This document shows, piece after piece, positions 49,510 to 58,683 of a DNA stretch of 64,000 nucleotides. How positions within the stretch are numbered: the stretch's first letter is position 1; each line of letters begins with the position of its first letter. The notes under the pieces are model-generated. The model saw only the letters and a program-made list of their open reading frames with translations, searched no databases and had not been told where the DNA came from. The position numbers and the translations under genes are program-made. The stretch comes from Parcubacteria bacterium C7867-006 (GTDB lineage Bacteria > Patescibacteriota > Minisyncoccia > Phycocordibacterales > DATDWN01), in the NCBI GenBank assembly GCA_001189155.1, contig LFCP01000004.1, positions 1,998 through 65,997 of the forward strand, written 5' to 3'.

Positions 49510-50085
49510 TTAATAAACTCTTTTACCGTATTTAACAAATTTAGAAACCCACTTTGCACGTCGTTCTGGAGATATTTTTTTCATTGGTCCACATTTTTTC
49601 ATTTGGGTATGAATACCAGCAAACCAAAGTATTCCATCCTGAATCTCATTTGTATTATCACCAAAAAGAAATCTAGCCAGTATAGGATTAGAATCTGAAG
49701 TTACAAAAACTCTAGCTGTTTTACCCTTTAAAAGCCTCCACCAGCCCAAGCCATTTGGTTTGAACTTGTAAGCAAAACCGGGAAGCCACGATCTATCAAA
49801 CAAACCTTTGAGCAATGCCGGCATTGTAGACCACCATGATGGATAGATAATAACTAAATGGTCACACCATTTAACATCTTCTTGAAACTTCAATAAATCT
49901 GGCTCCAGTGCTTGAATAACTTTGTATCCCTTGTGAAGTATCGGATCAAACTGCATATCACCGAGATTTGTTCTCCTTACCTCGTGACCAGCTTCCTTTG
50001 CACCTTTAGCATAAGCATCCGCAAACTCGCAACACATAGACTCAGTGTCAGGATGCCCCAACAGTACAAAGATTTTTTTAGACAT
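49510..50085 (-). CDS. NAD(P)H-dependent oxidoreductase, flavodoxin-2 fold
   Basis: GHPDTES, YPSWWSTMPALLKGLFDR, PGFAY. Confidence 0.9.
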   Translation of the reverse strand: MSKKIFVLLGHPDTESMCCEFADAYAKGAKEAGHEVRRTNLGDMQFDPILHKGYKVIQALEPDLLKFQEDVKWCDHLVIIYPSWWSTMPALLKGLFDRSWLPGFAYKFKPNGLGWWRLLKGKTARVFVTSDSNPILARFLFGDNTNEIQDGILWFAGIHTQMKKCGPMKKISPERRAKWVSKFVKYGKRVY

Positions 50086-50094
50086 ATCTATATA

Positions 50095-50322
50095 TTACAT
50101 CAAACCTTTTAAATCAGCTTCATACTTTTTAACAACCTTCATTGTTGCAGTCATCTGATCACTACCGGTTCTTTTCATTTCATCTTGAACTTCCATACCT
50201 ATTTTCTGAAATAGTTCAGGATTTTTTTCTAACATTGAAAAAACTTTGTCTTGATCAGCCTGAGGAACACCCTTCATCTGACTTCCCAACATTTTTCTTA
50301 ACAGAAATGATTTTATTGACAT
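50095..50322 (-). CDS. Small Met-rich helical hypothetical protein
   Basis: ORF in operon orientation; EKNPELFQKI. Confidence 0.7.
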   Translation of the reverse strand: MSIKSFLLRKMLGSQMKGVPQADQDKVFSMLEKNPELFQKIGMEVQDEMKRTGSDQMTATMKVVKKYEADLKGLM

Positions 50323-50385
50323 ATTTTTTGAATTTTTAATTTACTTATCAAATATACTATATGCTACAATATATTCAAACAATCT

Positions 50386-51204
50386 ATGGCAAAGAAAAAA
50401 CAAATCGGAATGAAATGGAAATACACTCTTGGTTTGCTCGGTATATCATTCGGAAGTCTTTTGGGAATGATGTTCTACTATCATCTAGATTTATCCCTAC
50501 TCGCTTCCCTTTCGTTCTATGAAAATCTAGCAAACCCATCAATCAGAATTGTTAGAGTTCAAGAAGGACTACGTAAGGAACAAATCGCAGAGGTTTTTGG
50601 AGATAAACTTGGTTGGTCAGAGAGAGAAAAAGAAGAATTTATAAACGCCCACCTAGCTTTAAACAGTCAGAACCTAGAAGGTAGATATTTCCCAAAAACT
50701 TATATGGTTCTAAAGGACGAAGACCCTATGGGAGTAACTAGTAATATGCTCCACGAATTCATAAAAGAAACCTCTACAATTAAAAAACCGAAACCTTCAG
50801 AAATACTAAATCAAGATACAGTAATAAAAATTGCTTCCATAATCCAAAGAGAAGCTGGTGGAAAAAGTGATATGAAATTAATCTCTGGAATTATCTGGAA
50901 CAGACTTTTCAAAGGAATGAAACTTCAGATTGATGCGACTCTACAGTATGCAAAAGGTTCAGAGGAAGATGGATGGTGGACAAAAGTAGATCCCGAAGAT
51001 AAATCAATCGACTCTTACTACAATACTTATAAATACAACGGCCTTCCACCTAGTGCTATATCAAACCCAGGTTTAGCTGCATTAGATGCTGCATACAATC
51101 CGCAAAAAACAAATTGTCTTTACTATCTGCATGATAAAAAAGGACGGATACATTGTTCTACAACATACGAAGGACATAAAGCTAATATAAAAAAGTACCT
51201 ATAA
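50386..51204 (+). CDS. Second MltG-like endolytic transglycosylase
   Basis: EGRYFPKTY, ASIIQRE, LQIDAT, YNTY, GLPPSAISNPG. Confidence 0.88.
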   Translation: MAKKKQIGMKWKYTLGLLGISFGSLLGMMFYYHLDLSLLASLSFYENLANPSIRIVRVQEGLRKEQIAEVFGDKLGWSEREKEEFINAHLALNSQNLEGRYFPKTYMVLKDEDPMGVTSNMLHEFIKETSTIKKPKPSEILNQDTVIKIASIIQREAGGKSDMKLISGIIWNRLFKGMKLQIDATLQYAKGSEEDGWWTKVDPEDKSIDSYYNTYKYNGLPPSAISNPGLAALDAAYNPQKTNCLYYLHDKKGRIHCSTTYEGHKANIKKYL

Positions 51205-51263
51205 AATAAACCAGGTCGCACTCCGTAGAATGCGACCTGAGGGTAAATCTTGTGCCGTGGGTG

Positions 51264-51527
51264 CTAGTCGTGACCCTCCGGACTCATGTTGAGGTTGTCC
51301 CAGCGACAGGCCTTGAGCCCCTCGCAAGAATTGAAGAACGTGCACTTGCGCGCCTCGGAGCCGAGCTGGCAACCGCGCGTCTGGCGATCTCCCGTCGTGA
51401 TGTGACTGAAGAGGATCTCATCAGACTGAATCCTGTTCAGACGCCCTGGCAGGGTAACTCCCTGCAGGGCCCGAAATTCCTCCACAACTTCGATGTGACG
51501 TGTGACTTCGCGGGACAAACCTTCCAT
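51264..51527 (-). CDS. Small Cys-rich hypothetical protein (GC-rich unit)
   Basis: SD GAGGAGG; TTGACA(51568-51573)-17-TACTAT; hairpin CAGGTCGCA/TGCGACCTG 51212-51239; four Cys in C-terminal third. Confidence 0.7.
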   Translation of the reverse strand: MEGLSREVTRHIEVVEEFRALQGVTLPGRLNRIQSDEILFSHITTGDRQTRGCQLGSEARKCTFFNSCEGLKACRWDNLNMSPEGHD

Positions 51528-51685
51528 TATGCGCCTCCTCTAATATAGTACGACTAACACATTTAGCTGTCAAATAATATTTTTAATATACCAACCAAAA
51601 CAAGGATATATTTATTTATAATTTGACAAAATATTGTTATATATGTAGGATTTTTCTCTGAAAGGCCTTAGGAGGGCCTGAGTTC

Positions 51686-51883
51686 ATGGGGAAAGAGACC
51701 AGAGGATTCGCATCGATGTCACCGGAGAAGCAGCGTGAGATCGCAAGCAAGGGCGGCCGGGCCGCACACGAGAAGGGCAAGGCCCACGAGTGGACCAGCG
51801 ATGAAGCTCGTGAGGCTGGACGCAAGGGCGGCATGGCCAGTCGTGGCGGGCGCGGCAAGACTACCGCTCAGCCGACGACCTAG
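51686..51883 (+). CDS. KGG-repeat stress-induced protein (YciG/Con-10-like; GC-rich unit)
   Basis: RGFASMSPEKQREIASKGG...EAREAGRKGG; TTGACA(51623-51628)-17-TAGGAT; terminator 51905-51936. Confidence 0.9.
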   Translation: MGKETRGFASMSPEKQREIASKGGRAAHEKGKAHEWTSDEAREAGRKGGMASRGGRGKTTAQPTT

Positions 51884-51962
51884 TCGACAGTAGCAACGCA
51901 ACGCAAACGGGGTGAGCCAGATGGCCCACCCCGTTTTTCCTATATTGAGAATTTGAAACTTA

Positions 51963-52649
51963 CTATTGAACTGTTGTCTCTATTTTTGCTGTAGCTTTTA
52001 GAGACTCAATGAATGCAGCTATTAACTGTTGTTGTTTAGTGTTAATTATCTGCTGTTTGATTTGCTCTTTGATGTCTTTTAGAGCAGGAGCTCCTTGCTG
52101 ACCTTTTACATTATCATTGTAGTACTTTGAAACTTCTGCATCAGTAGCTGTTGCGGTACTGATATCTATTTTACTTAGGAGGTATTTCTGAATTGTTAAC
52201 TGCTTTGAAACATTCTCTCTAAGCTGTGCTTCTGTAAGATTTGCCTTTGTAAGCTCGGCTGCAAATTTATCTGCACCACCAACTTGAGCAATCAAAGCAT
52301 CTACTTGTTTCTGAACTTCATCAGCTGTAGCTGTTACTCCAGAAGCTTTTACTGCTTGGTTCAACAACTCATTTCCGATTAGATCATTCAAAACTTGAGC
52401 TTTGATTTTAGGAAGCTCAGTGTCTGTATTTACTCCCTGTGACTTAAGCGTAGATATCACTGAAGCCAACTGTGACTCATATGCTGACTTTGTAATATCA
52501 ACGCCATTTACTTTTGCTACTGTTTCAACAACTGGAGCAACAGCAACCTCAGCTTTAGGCTTGCTGTACATTTTGTAACCAACTGCACCGAAAATCACAA
52601 CCAAAACAACTACCACTGCAACTATTTTTTCTTTACTTAATGTATTCAT
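51963..52649 (-). CDS. SurA N-terminal domain / PrsA-like protein
   Basis: TM, VAKVNGVDIT, LNDLIGNELLNQA. Confidence 0.8.
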   Translation of the reverse strand: MNTLSKEKIVAVVVVLVVIFGAVGYKMYSKPKAEVAVAPVVETVAKVNGVDITKSAYESQLASVISTLKSQGVNTDTELPKIKAQVLNDLIGNELLNQAVKASGVTATADEVQKQVDALIAQVGGADKFAAELTKANLTEAQLRENVSKQLTIQKYLLSKIDISTATATDAEVSKYYNDNVKGQQGAPALKDIKEQIKQQIINTKQQQLIAAFIESLKATAKIETTVQ

Positions 52650-52871
52650 TATTTATTTTAATTAAAGCAAACAAATTTAATATTCCAACATTCTATCACA
52701 GAGGGTTTCTATAGGCCAACTAGGTTATACAGACTAATTAGGTTAAAACTAATAATCTACGACTATTATACACCCACTGTATTTTTTTATTTCAAATACA
52801 GTTTCACTTTGTAGATATTGACTTTTTTCTATAAATAGGTTAGAAATTACCATTGAAAGGGTTCTTTACAC

Positions 52872-53051
52872 ATGGCAAAATTGAGCAAAGACAATGCTGT
52901 GACGCATGCGCTGCGTCACGGTACGAGCAAGAACTGTGCACACCTCGCCTCCCCATCGAAAGTGAAGGAGGCTAAAGCACCGATTCACGTAGTAGACCGT
53001 TCTCTCCTTTGTGGGGAATGCGTCCCAACAGAGGAGCTCTCCGCAGTCTAG
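52872..53051 (+). CDS. 59-aa hypothetical protein with CxH...CxxC (GC-rich unit; not in ORF track)
   Basis: MAKLSKDNAVTHALRHGTSKNCAHLASPSKVKEAKAPIHVVDRSLLCGECVPTEELSAV; TTGACT(52818-52823)-17-TAGAAA; terminator 53078-53106 plus T-tail. Confidence 0.65.
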   Translation: MAKLSKDNAVTHALRHGTSKNCAHLASPSKVKEAKAPIHVVDRSLLCGECVPTEELSAV

Positions 53052-53121
53052 CTCTGGCTAGCTCATGTCATCACACCGTGCGCTCGGGCCTTTGGCCCGG
53101 GTGCGCGTTTTTTTATTATTT

Positions 53122-53538
53122 TTACCAGACAGCTATTATCGCCCCCATAACAAGAATACAAACCAGTGATGTAGCCATCTCAAACAACCAGTATTTGAGT
53201 GTCCTTCCCATCCAGATAACTTCCATTGATGATGAAGTTACAATAAAACCGAGCCACATCCAAAATGATATACCCATAGCACCGATAACATTTCCAACAT
53301 TATTGTAATATGAAGATGTCACAAAAATAACAACAGCCAAAACATACGCGAATACAATATTAGCCAAAAAGTTTTGAACCATCTGAGGGATCATATCTGA
53401 AAACTTTTCATTGCCTGTAGGGTGAATATTCGCAAGCTTCATCCAAACTTTTCCAAAAACTGGCCCATGTGCAAGAAAACCAATAACAAAATTAGCAATA
53501 GCAGCTACTAAAACAGCAATATAATTAATTGGTAACAT
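53122..53538 (-). CDS. DUF1761 family membrane protein
   Basis: INYIAVLVAA, FGKVWMK, WLGF. Confidence 0.8.
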   Translation of the reverse strand: MLPINYIAVLVAAIANFVIGFLAHGPVFGKVWMKLANIHPTGNEKFSDMIPQMVQNFLANIVFAYVLAVVIFVTSSYYNNVGNVIGAMGISFWMWLGFIVTSSSMEVIWMGRTLKYWLFEMATSLVCILVMGAIIAVW

Positions 53539-53569
53539 AAATAAACATTAAATTTGTAATATCTATATT

Positions 53570-54031
53570 CTAACTCTTTTTTATGTTTTGCACCTCATCT
53601 AGTAGTTTTTTAAGAACAGATTCTATCTCTTCTAGTTTCTTTCTGTCATTCTGTGCTGTTCCCTCTTCTGCATCGACTTCTTTTTCGATTTCATCCACGT
53701 CCTCTTGGATTTCATCAACATCATGTTGGATCTCATCCACGTCTTGTTGAATTTCATCAATATCTTCAGAAATCTCTGTCACTTCCTCAGCAATATCCTC
53801 AATATCCTCCTCCACCTCCTCTAGGGATTGAGTGTTTTCATTAACGGTCATCTGAATAAAAATGGAAAGATATATAGCCTCTAGAGAAACTACTGTTGTA
53901 AGAATAAGCAAAACAGTATCAGTTTTTACCCCCAAAAAAGCCAAAGAAAACATAGCGATAAAAAATATCGTATGTAATACAACGGACATTCTAGAACCAA
54001 CCCATTTTGTAAAATTTCTTTCCCAACTCAT
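53570..54031 (-). CDS. DUF1003-like two-TM protein with acidic heptad repeats
   Basis: LTTVVSLEAIYLSIFIQM; repeated (E/Q/H)D(V/I)DEI(Q/E). Confidence 0.75.
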   Translation of the reverse strand: MSWERNFTKWVGSRMSVVLHTIFFIAMFSLAFLGVKTDTVLLILTTVVSLEAIYLSIFIQMTVNENTQSLEEVEEDIEDIAEEVTEISEDIDEIQQDVDEIQHDVDEIQEDVDEIEKEVDAEEGTAQNDRKKLEEIESVLKKLLDEVQNIKKS

Positions 54032-54100
54032 TTATTTTGATTCTAGCATTTTTAAAATATACGACAAAGCCCGCGATGGACTAGTCGTCCCATGCGGGCA

Positions 54101-54442
54101 TTACTTTCTGACAAGTCCGAGGTTTGCTCGGACTTTATCGTTCAAATTCTTGATATCTTCAGCCTTCACATCTCCTTTCGGAAGTTCGTTCATCTTGCTC
54201 AGGCACTGAGCCTGAAAAGAAACGTCGTGATCTGCTCTGATAACGAGCAGAGCGGCATCGCTCGAGGCTTGAGCCCCGACCTTCGAGATGGAGGGCCAAC
54301 CAATAGCCCTCACGATGCGTTTCATCACCTGACCGTGTGCCGTTGGCTGAGGTGGATCCGCTCGAGCCATCTCCAAAATCATCTTTGGAATTTCTTCCAC
54401 GACAACTGGTGGATTGTAGAAATGCGAGTTCTTCCAACTCAT
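54101..54442 (-). CDS. DUF6624-like small protein (GC-rich unit)
   Basis: GWPSISKVG...AALLVIRADHDVSFQ..CL; SD GGAGGGG; TTGACA(54482-54487)-16-TATAAA; hairpin 54069-54099. Confidence 0.7.
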   Translation of the reverse strand: MSWKNSHFYNPPVVVEEIPKMILEMARADPPQPTAHGQVMKRIVRAIGWPSISKVGAQASSDAALLVIRADHDVSFQAQCLSKMNELPKGDVKAEDIKNLNDKVRANLGLVRK

Positions 54443-54489
54443 AACCCCCTCCAGTTTTATTTATACATCACTTTCAAACAGTGTCAATA

Positions 54490-55047
54490 CTATTCATTAT
54501 CCAAAATGTGCCAGAGGTAAAGAGTAAGATTGGTTCGAGAGCCGAGGTGTGGCTCAGCGAGTTTGAGCATTTGTTTTTCTGACGGAAGTGACTTTAGTTT
54601 GAACGCTTTTTGGAAACCTTTTTTTGTACCCAAATCCCCTAACGGCAAAATATCTGGTCGATTGAGTGCAAAGATAAGAAACATATCTGCTGTCCACGAG
54701 CCTATTCCTTTTACTCTGACTAGGTGTTCTTTCACCTCATCATCCGTCATCTTATGAAAGTTTTTATGATCTATGGTTTTATCTACAAACTTTTCTGCGA
54801 GGTCCGTGAGATACCCAAGTTTCTGTGGAGAAATCCCCGCTCCGCGTAACTCTGCAGTTTTCAGTTTCAGAAAATTCTCTGGTGTAACTTTCTTTCTTCC
54901 AAATAGTGCGAGAAACTTTGTCCGTATCACATTCCCAGCCTTTGTCGATATCTGCTGACCTATGATTGCGTTTGCCAGCGACAAAAACGGATTCTCTGTT
55001 GGAGATATTTTTCTCAGTTTCTTTTTATCTATCTTGAGTTTCATCAA
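54490..55047 (-). CDS. DNA-3-methyladenine glycosylase II (AlkA/HhH-GPD)
   Basis: IIGQQIS, VKGIGSWTADM, LPLGDLG. Confidence 0.9.
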   Translation of the reverse strand: MMKLKIDKKKLRKISPTENPFLSLANAIIGQQISTKAGNVIRTKFLALFGRKKVTPENFLKLKTAELRGAGISPQKLGYLTDLAEKFVDKTIDHKNFHKMTDDEVKEHLVRVKGIGSWTADMFLIFALNRPDILPLGDLGTKKGFQKAFKLKSLPSEKQMLKLAEPHLGSRTNLTLYLWHILDNE

Positions 55048-55052
55048 ACAAA

Positions 55053-55463
55053 TTATTCTTTAATTCGCATTGATAGGACAAAAATCAAAACATAGAATAT
55101 TAGTCCTAGAGCGCATGTTGGTAAACCTAGAGCATATGCTTTTATTCCATCTGTAAACAATAGAGGTAACTCTTTGAAAGTAAAATATCCAGCAAACAGA
55201 ATTCCCAAAAGTGAAACTCCCGATACAATTCTCAATCCCTTTGCTAACAAGACACGATTTGTTATGAGTAGATAACTTGTAACACTGAGAACGAGGTACA
55301 TAGCGAAACCATAGTAACAAGCCGGATATCCTAGGAAATACGGACACGACTCGTTAAAAGCACATGTCTCAGTAAAAAACTTTATCCCTCCTATATAACC
55401 AGCAAACAACAAACCACCAAAAGAAAATACGAACAATAAAATTGTTTTTATGTCTTTTTTCAT
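55053..55463 (-). CDS. Membrane protein with Cys pairs (VKOR/DsbB-like)
   Basis: Four TM; CAFNESC, PAC, PTC. Confidence 0.55.
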   Translation of the reverse strand: MKKDIKTILLFVFSFGGLLFAGYIGGIKFFTETCAFNESCPYFLGYPACYYGFAMYLVLSVTSYLLITNRVLLAKGLRIVSGVSLLGILFAGYFTFKELPLLFTDGIKAYALGLPTCALGLIFYVLIFVLSMRIKE

Positions 55464-55513
55464 ACCCCCATTATACTCCTATTTTAAAAAATGAAGTGAT
55501 AAGTATTCTTAAA

Positions 55514-56011
55514 TTATTTATTTAAATGATTATTTAAAAGCTCCATCGCTCTTTGCATTATTCTGTCTCCAACCTCACCCCAATCAAAATATTTTTTATA
55601 TTCCAACGGATCTATGAGTTTTATTTCCATAATTTCCCCATCCGGATCGGCTACAAATTCACCATATGGTTCAACTATACACAACGAACGAGTTTGTTTT
55701 GATATTTTGGTTGGTGTCTCGAACACTGAATATCCGATTATCTCCTGATGCAAAACTTTCATGTTAGTTTCCTCCCCAACCTCCCTTTCCGTCGTTTGCA
55801 AATAATTTTCACCTTCCTCTCTATGACCACCTGGTGGTATCCAACCTACTTTTGGATGATTTACCAAAACTAATTTTCGGTCACAAAAACAAAAAGCATG
55901 TGTGCCTTCAAAATCCATATCATTTAGTACACCATCCAAATCACCTTCGTCATAGTAGGATTGTTTTACCAACTGACCAGATTTGTTTGTATATGTTGAT
56001 TTAATTATCAT
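55514..56011 (-). CDS. Nudix hydrolase
   Basis: GGHREEGENYLQTTEREVGEET Nudix box. Confidence 0.88.
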   Translation of the reverse strand: MIIKSTYTNKSGQLVKQSYYDEGDLDGVLNDMDFEGTHAFCFCDRKLVLVNHPKVGWIPPGGHREEGENYLQTTEREVGEETNMKVLHQEIIGYSVFETPTKISKQTRSLCIVEPYGEFVADPDGEIMEIKLIDPLEYKKYFDWGEVGDRIMQRAMELLNNHLNK

Positions 56012-56543
56012 TTAAATACTGTATTAATTTTGAATACTCCTCATCATGATCAGCGAACATCCTCACATCAGTCCTCGTCCAATTTTCAAATGTCTCCAGA
56101 TCCAACCATCTTACTTCATCAACCTCATTTTTCTCAATTTTCAAATTTGATATATCTAAATCACGGCGGACTACATACACATCATTTATTTCATTATCAA
56201 TAAAATCATCGAAATGTTTCATTACCCGAGCTCTTACTGTAAAGACCAACTGATATTCCTCTTTTGGAATATCTAAACCAATCTCCTCTCTAGTTTCCTT
56301 TTGTGCTCCTTCAACACTAGTCTCTCCAGACGATACATGTCCACCAACTCCCGCATCCCAAAGTCCTGGAAAAATCTTCTTATTCATTGATCTTTTCTGA
56401 ACAAGAACCTCACCTTTTGAATTTACAAACCACACACGTGCTGTTCGATGAAGCAACCCTCTTTTATGAACTTCTTTGTATGTTAAAGACTCACCAGTTG
56501 GTGATCCATCTTCATTTAAAATATCTAGATATTCTTCTATCAT
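56001..56543 (-). CDS. Nudix hydrolase, IDI-1-like
   Basis: HKRGLLHR, QKRS..K..FPGLWD, GGHVSSGE...ETREEIG. Confidence 0.85.
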   Translation of the reverse strand: MIEEYLDILNEDGSPTGESLTYKEVHKRGLLHRTARVWFVNSKGEVLVQKRSMNKKIFPGLWDAGVGGHVSSGETSVEGAQKETREEIGLDIPKEEYQLVFTVRARVMKHFDDFIDNEINDVYVVRRDLDISNLKIEKNEVDEVRWLDLETFENWTRTDVRMFADHDEEYSKLIQYLNDN

Positions 56544-56547
56544 ATTA

Positions 56548-56670
56548 TTATTTTACTCCACCACCTCCTTCTCCGTTAACCAAAAGCTGTGGTGTGACAG
56601 GTATCAAAACCCCAATCCCAATCATATCGATAAGTATCGTCAAATATAAAAACCAAATTTTCTTATGCAT
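56548..56670 (-). pseudogene. Truncated TetA-like MFS transporter remnant (40 aa)
   Basis: MHKKIWFLYLTILIDMIGIGVLIPVTPQL matches the D-x-x-G-x-G-x-x-x-P TM1 motif, then stops. Confidence 0.55.
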
Positions 56671-56743
56671 GAGGATATACTAGCATTTTTATTCAATATA
56701 TTAAAAAAGAAAGATTGCAAAACCGTAAGTAAAAGTTAACGAT

Positions 56744-58093
56744 TTAGTTATTTTTAGTAATTTCCTCTTTTACAGTTTTAATAACTTCTTTCTCCACGTC
56801 TTTCATTGTTTTTGTAATCTCACCTTTCAAAGAAGCAAATTTACCATCAAATCCCAAACTAAATTTCGACTCCTTTGTTGGTTCATAAGGCTCTTGATAT
56901 ATCATTGTCATAGAATTAAGTACAAAATCAAGAATCTTCTCTTCATTTTTCTTTTCTCCAAAAGTATTAATCAAAAGTGTAGTATATCCATGCAAAGAAA
57001 GTGCCGTTGCTGATTTAAAAGCATATTTTTCAAGGTAATTTCTCTCTTTGCTATATTCAAAGGTCGCAAAGGTAATGAAGAAAATGAGCGGTGACGTTAA
57101 TGTTAGTCTATACCAAAGATACCCATCCACATTAAGAGTCACACTACTTCTAAGAACATGCCAAAAAAACCAAATAATAAGACATAATAATATTGCTGTA
57201 GATACAACAACAGACCAATACCAAAAGTTTGAACTTTTTTGTAAATCCACTTTTCTCTGATCAAACGAATTCGCCAGAGCACTATCTGTAGCAATTTTGT
57301 AAATCTCTTTTATTTTGTCTTTTAGGTCTGTACTCTCCTTTTCGTGTGACAAAATAAGATCCTTATTTTCTATAGATGTTTTTCTTAAATTTTCAATCTC
57401 TTTTGTATAGTTTTGAGATTCATCTCGGAAAGTTTTTATTTCTAGAAATACTACATCAGACTGTTTTTTCACCGCTTCTATTTCTTCTTGAATAGCTTCT
57501 GAATTTACAAGAATAGTTTTGATACCACCTTCTGGGTCATCAATCTTTTTCTTTATAGTTAAAAACTCTTCGTAAGCAACTTTCATTTGTTGGATGTTTT
57601 GTTGCACAGTAGCTAATGCAGTTCCTATTTGACCCAACTGTTCCTCAGAAGAAACCTTCAATTTATCTATTTCAGCTTTTACTTGAGTAGCTTTGTTTAG
57701 TACAGCTTCTATACCACTTTCTGGATTTATCATTCTAGAATTTACCCCCTTAAACTCTTCGTAAGCAACATTCATTTGTTGGATGTTTTGTTGCACAGTA
57801 GCTAATGAAGTTTTAATCTGACCCAACTGTTCCTCAGAAGAAACCTTCAATTTATCTATTTCGGAAGAAGAGTTCTTTGAACGTTCCAGGTTTGAAATAA
57901 TTCCCGTTGATGGATCATCAAAGGTAGTTCTTAGTAATTCAAATTTTGTATTATAATCGTTAATAACAGCAATAAGGCTGTTTGCCTTATTAGCCATGCT
58001 TTCTATATTGGAAACATCCTGTTTACCCTTATTTATTAAGGTTTTTAGCTCTTCCAATTGTTCTTTTGCTTTTATTATGTCTATATCTTCCAT
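56744..58093 (-). CDS. Long coiled-coil protein with two C-terminal TMs
   Basis: Heptad-rich 280 aa, two hydrophobic helices, internal 63-aa periodic repeat. Confidence 0.8.
   Translation of the reverse strand: MEDIDIIKAKEQLEELKTLINKGKQDVSNIESMANKANSLIAVINDYNTKFELLRTTFDDPSTGIISNLERSKNSSSEIDKLKVSSEEQLGQIKTSLATVQQNIQQMNVAYEEFKGVNSRMINPESGIEAVLNKATQVKAEIDKLKVSSEEQLGQIGTALATVQQNIQQMKVAYEEFLTIKKKIDDPEGGIKTILVNSEAIQEEIEAVKKQSDVVFLEIKTFRDESQNYTKEIENLRKTSIENKDLILSHEKESTDLKDKIKEIYKIATDSALANSFDQRKVDLQKSSNFWYWSVVVSTAILLCLIIWFFWHVLRSSVTLNVDGYLWYRLTLTSPLIFFITFATFEYSKERNYLEKYAFKSATALSLHGYTTLLINTFGEKKNEEKILDFVLNSMTMIYQEPYEPTKESKFSLGFDGKFASLKGEITKTMKDVEKEVIKTVKEEITKNN
57563..57862. repeat. Intragenic 111-bp direct repeat, 189-bp period
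   Basis: 57563-57673 vs 57752-57862, near-identical (EIDKLKVSSEEQLGQI...AYEEF twice). Confidence 0.9.
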
Positions 58094-58273
58094 AGTTTTA
58101 TGTTATTGAGAAATGTTAGAAATGTTGACATAACCCTACAATATCCATGATATTTTTACAATAGATACTAGACTTGGACTCAAACCTAATTACTTTTCTA
58201 ATAGTCTACATAAAGACTATCTGGAAAAGCCACAACATCAGAACTAAAAATAGTAAAGTTAGTAGCTTAACTC

Positions 58274-58675
58274 TTACACCTCACCCAACAAATACGCAAT
58301 GTTTGTGTAAACAACCTTTTTTGCCTCCTCTAGAGGGAACCATTTTGATTTCGTGCCTTCTTCGGCTGTAGCTTTTTGGCCAAGTGACTTTGCTTTGAAC
58401 ATTGCGACGACTATCTCCTCGTCTGTGCCACCTCTCAAATATTTTAAATCCGACAGTCTAGAGATGATTTCAACTTCATAACCAGTTTCCTCCAAAACCT
58501 CTCTCACGGCTACATCCTCAAGATTTTCTCCTGCCTCAGCATGACCTTTTGGATATGACCAGATATCCTCGTCCACTCTACTCACCAGCAAAACTTCGTT
58601 GTTGTCGTTTACAACAACACAACCCGCTTTCATAGTCTCCCCGCTTTCATTTTTTATTTTTTTCTCGTGTGACAT
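58274..58675 (-). CDS. Nudix hydrolase
   Basis: PKGHAEAGE...AVREVLEETG; start MSHEKK at 58675 (track ORF over-extended). Confidence 0.88.
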   Translation of the reverse strand: MSHEKKIKNESGETMKAGCVVVNDNNEVLLVSRVDEDIWSYPKGHAEAGENLEDVAVREVLEETGYEVEIISRLSDLKYLRGGTDEEIVVAMFKAKSLGQKATAEEGTKSKWFPLEEAKKVVYTNIAYLLGEV

Positions 58676-58683
58676 TTTGTGAT

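Noticed and set aside
53009-53308. 99-aa + strand ORF
   Set aside because: Crosses a terminator and overlaps DUF1761 antisense; the 59-aa ORF at 52872-53051 fits the signals better.
53680-53820. 21-bp periodic DNA repeats
   Set aside because: Explained by the acidic heptad coiled coil of the DUF1003-like protein.
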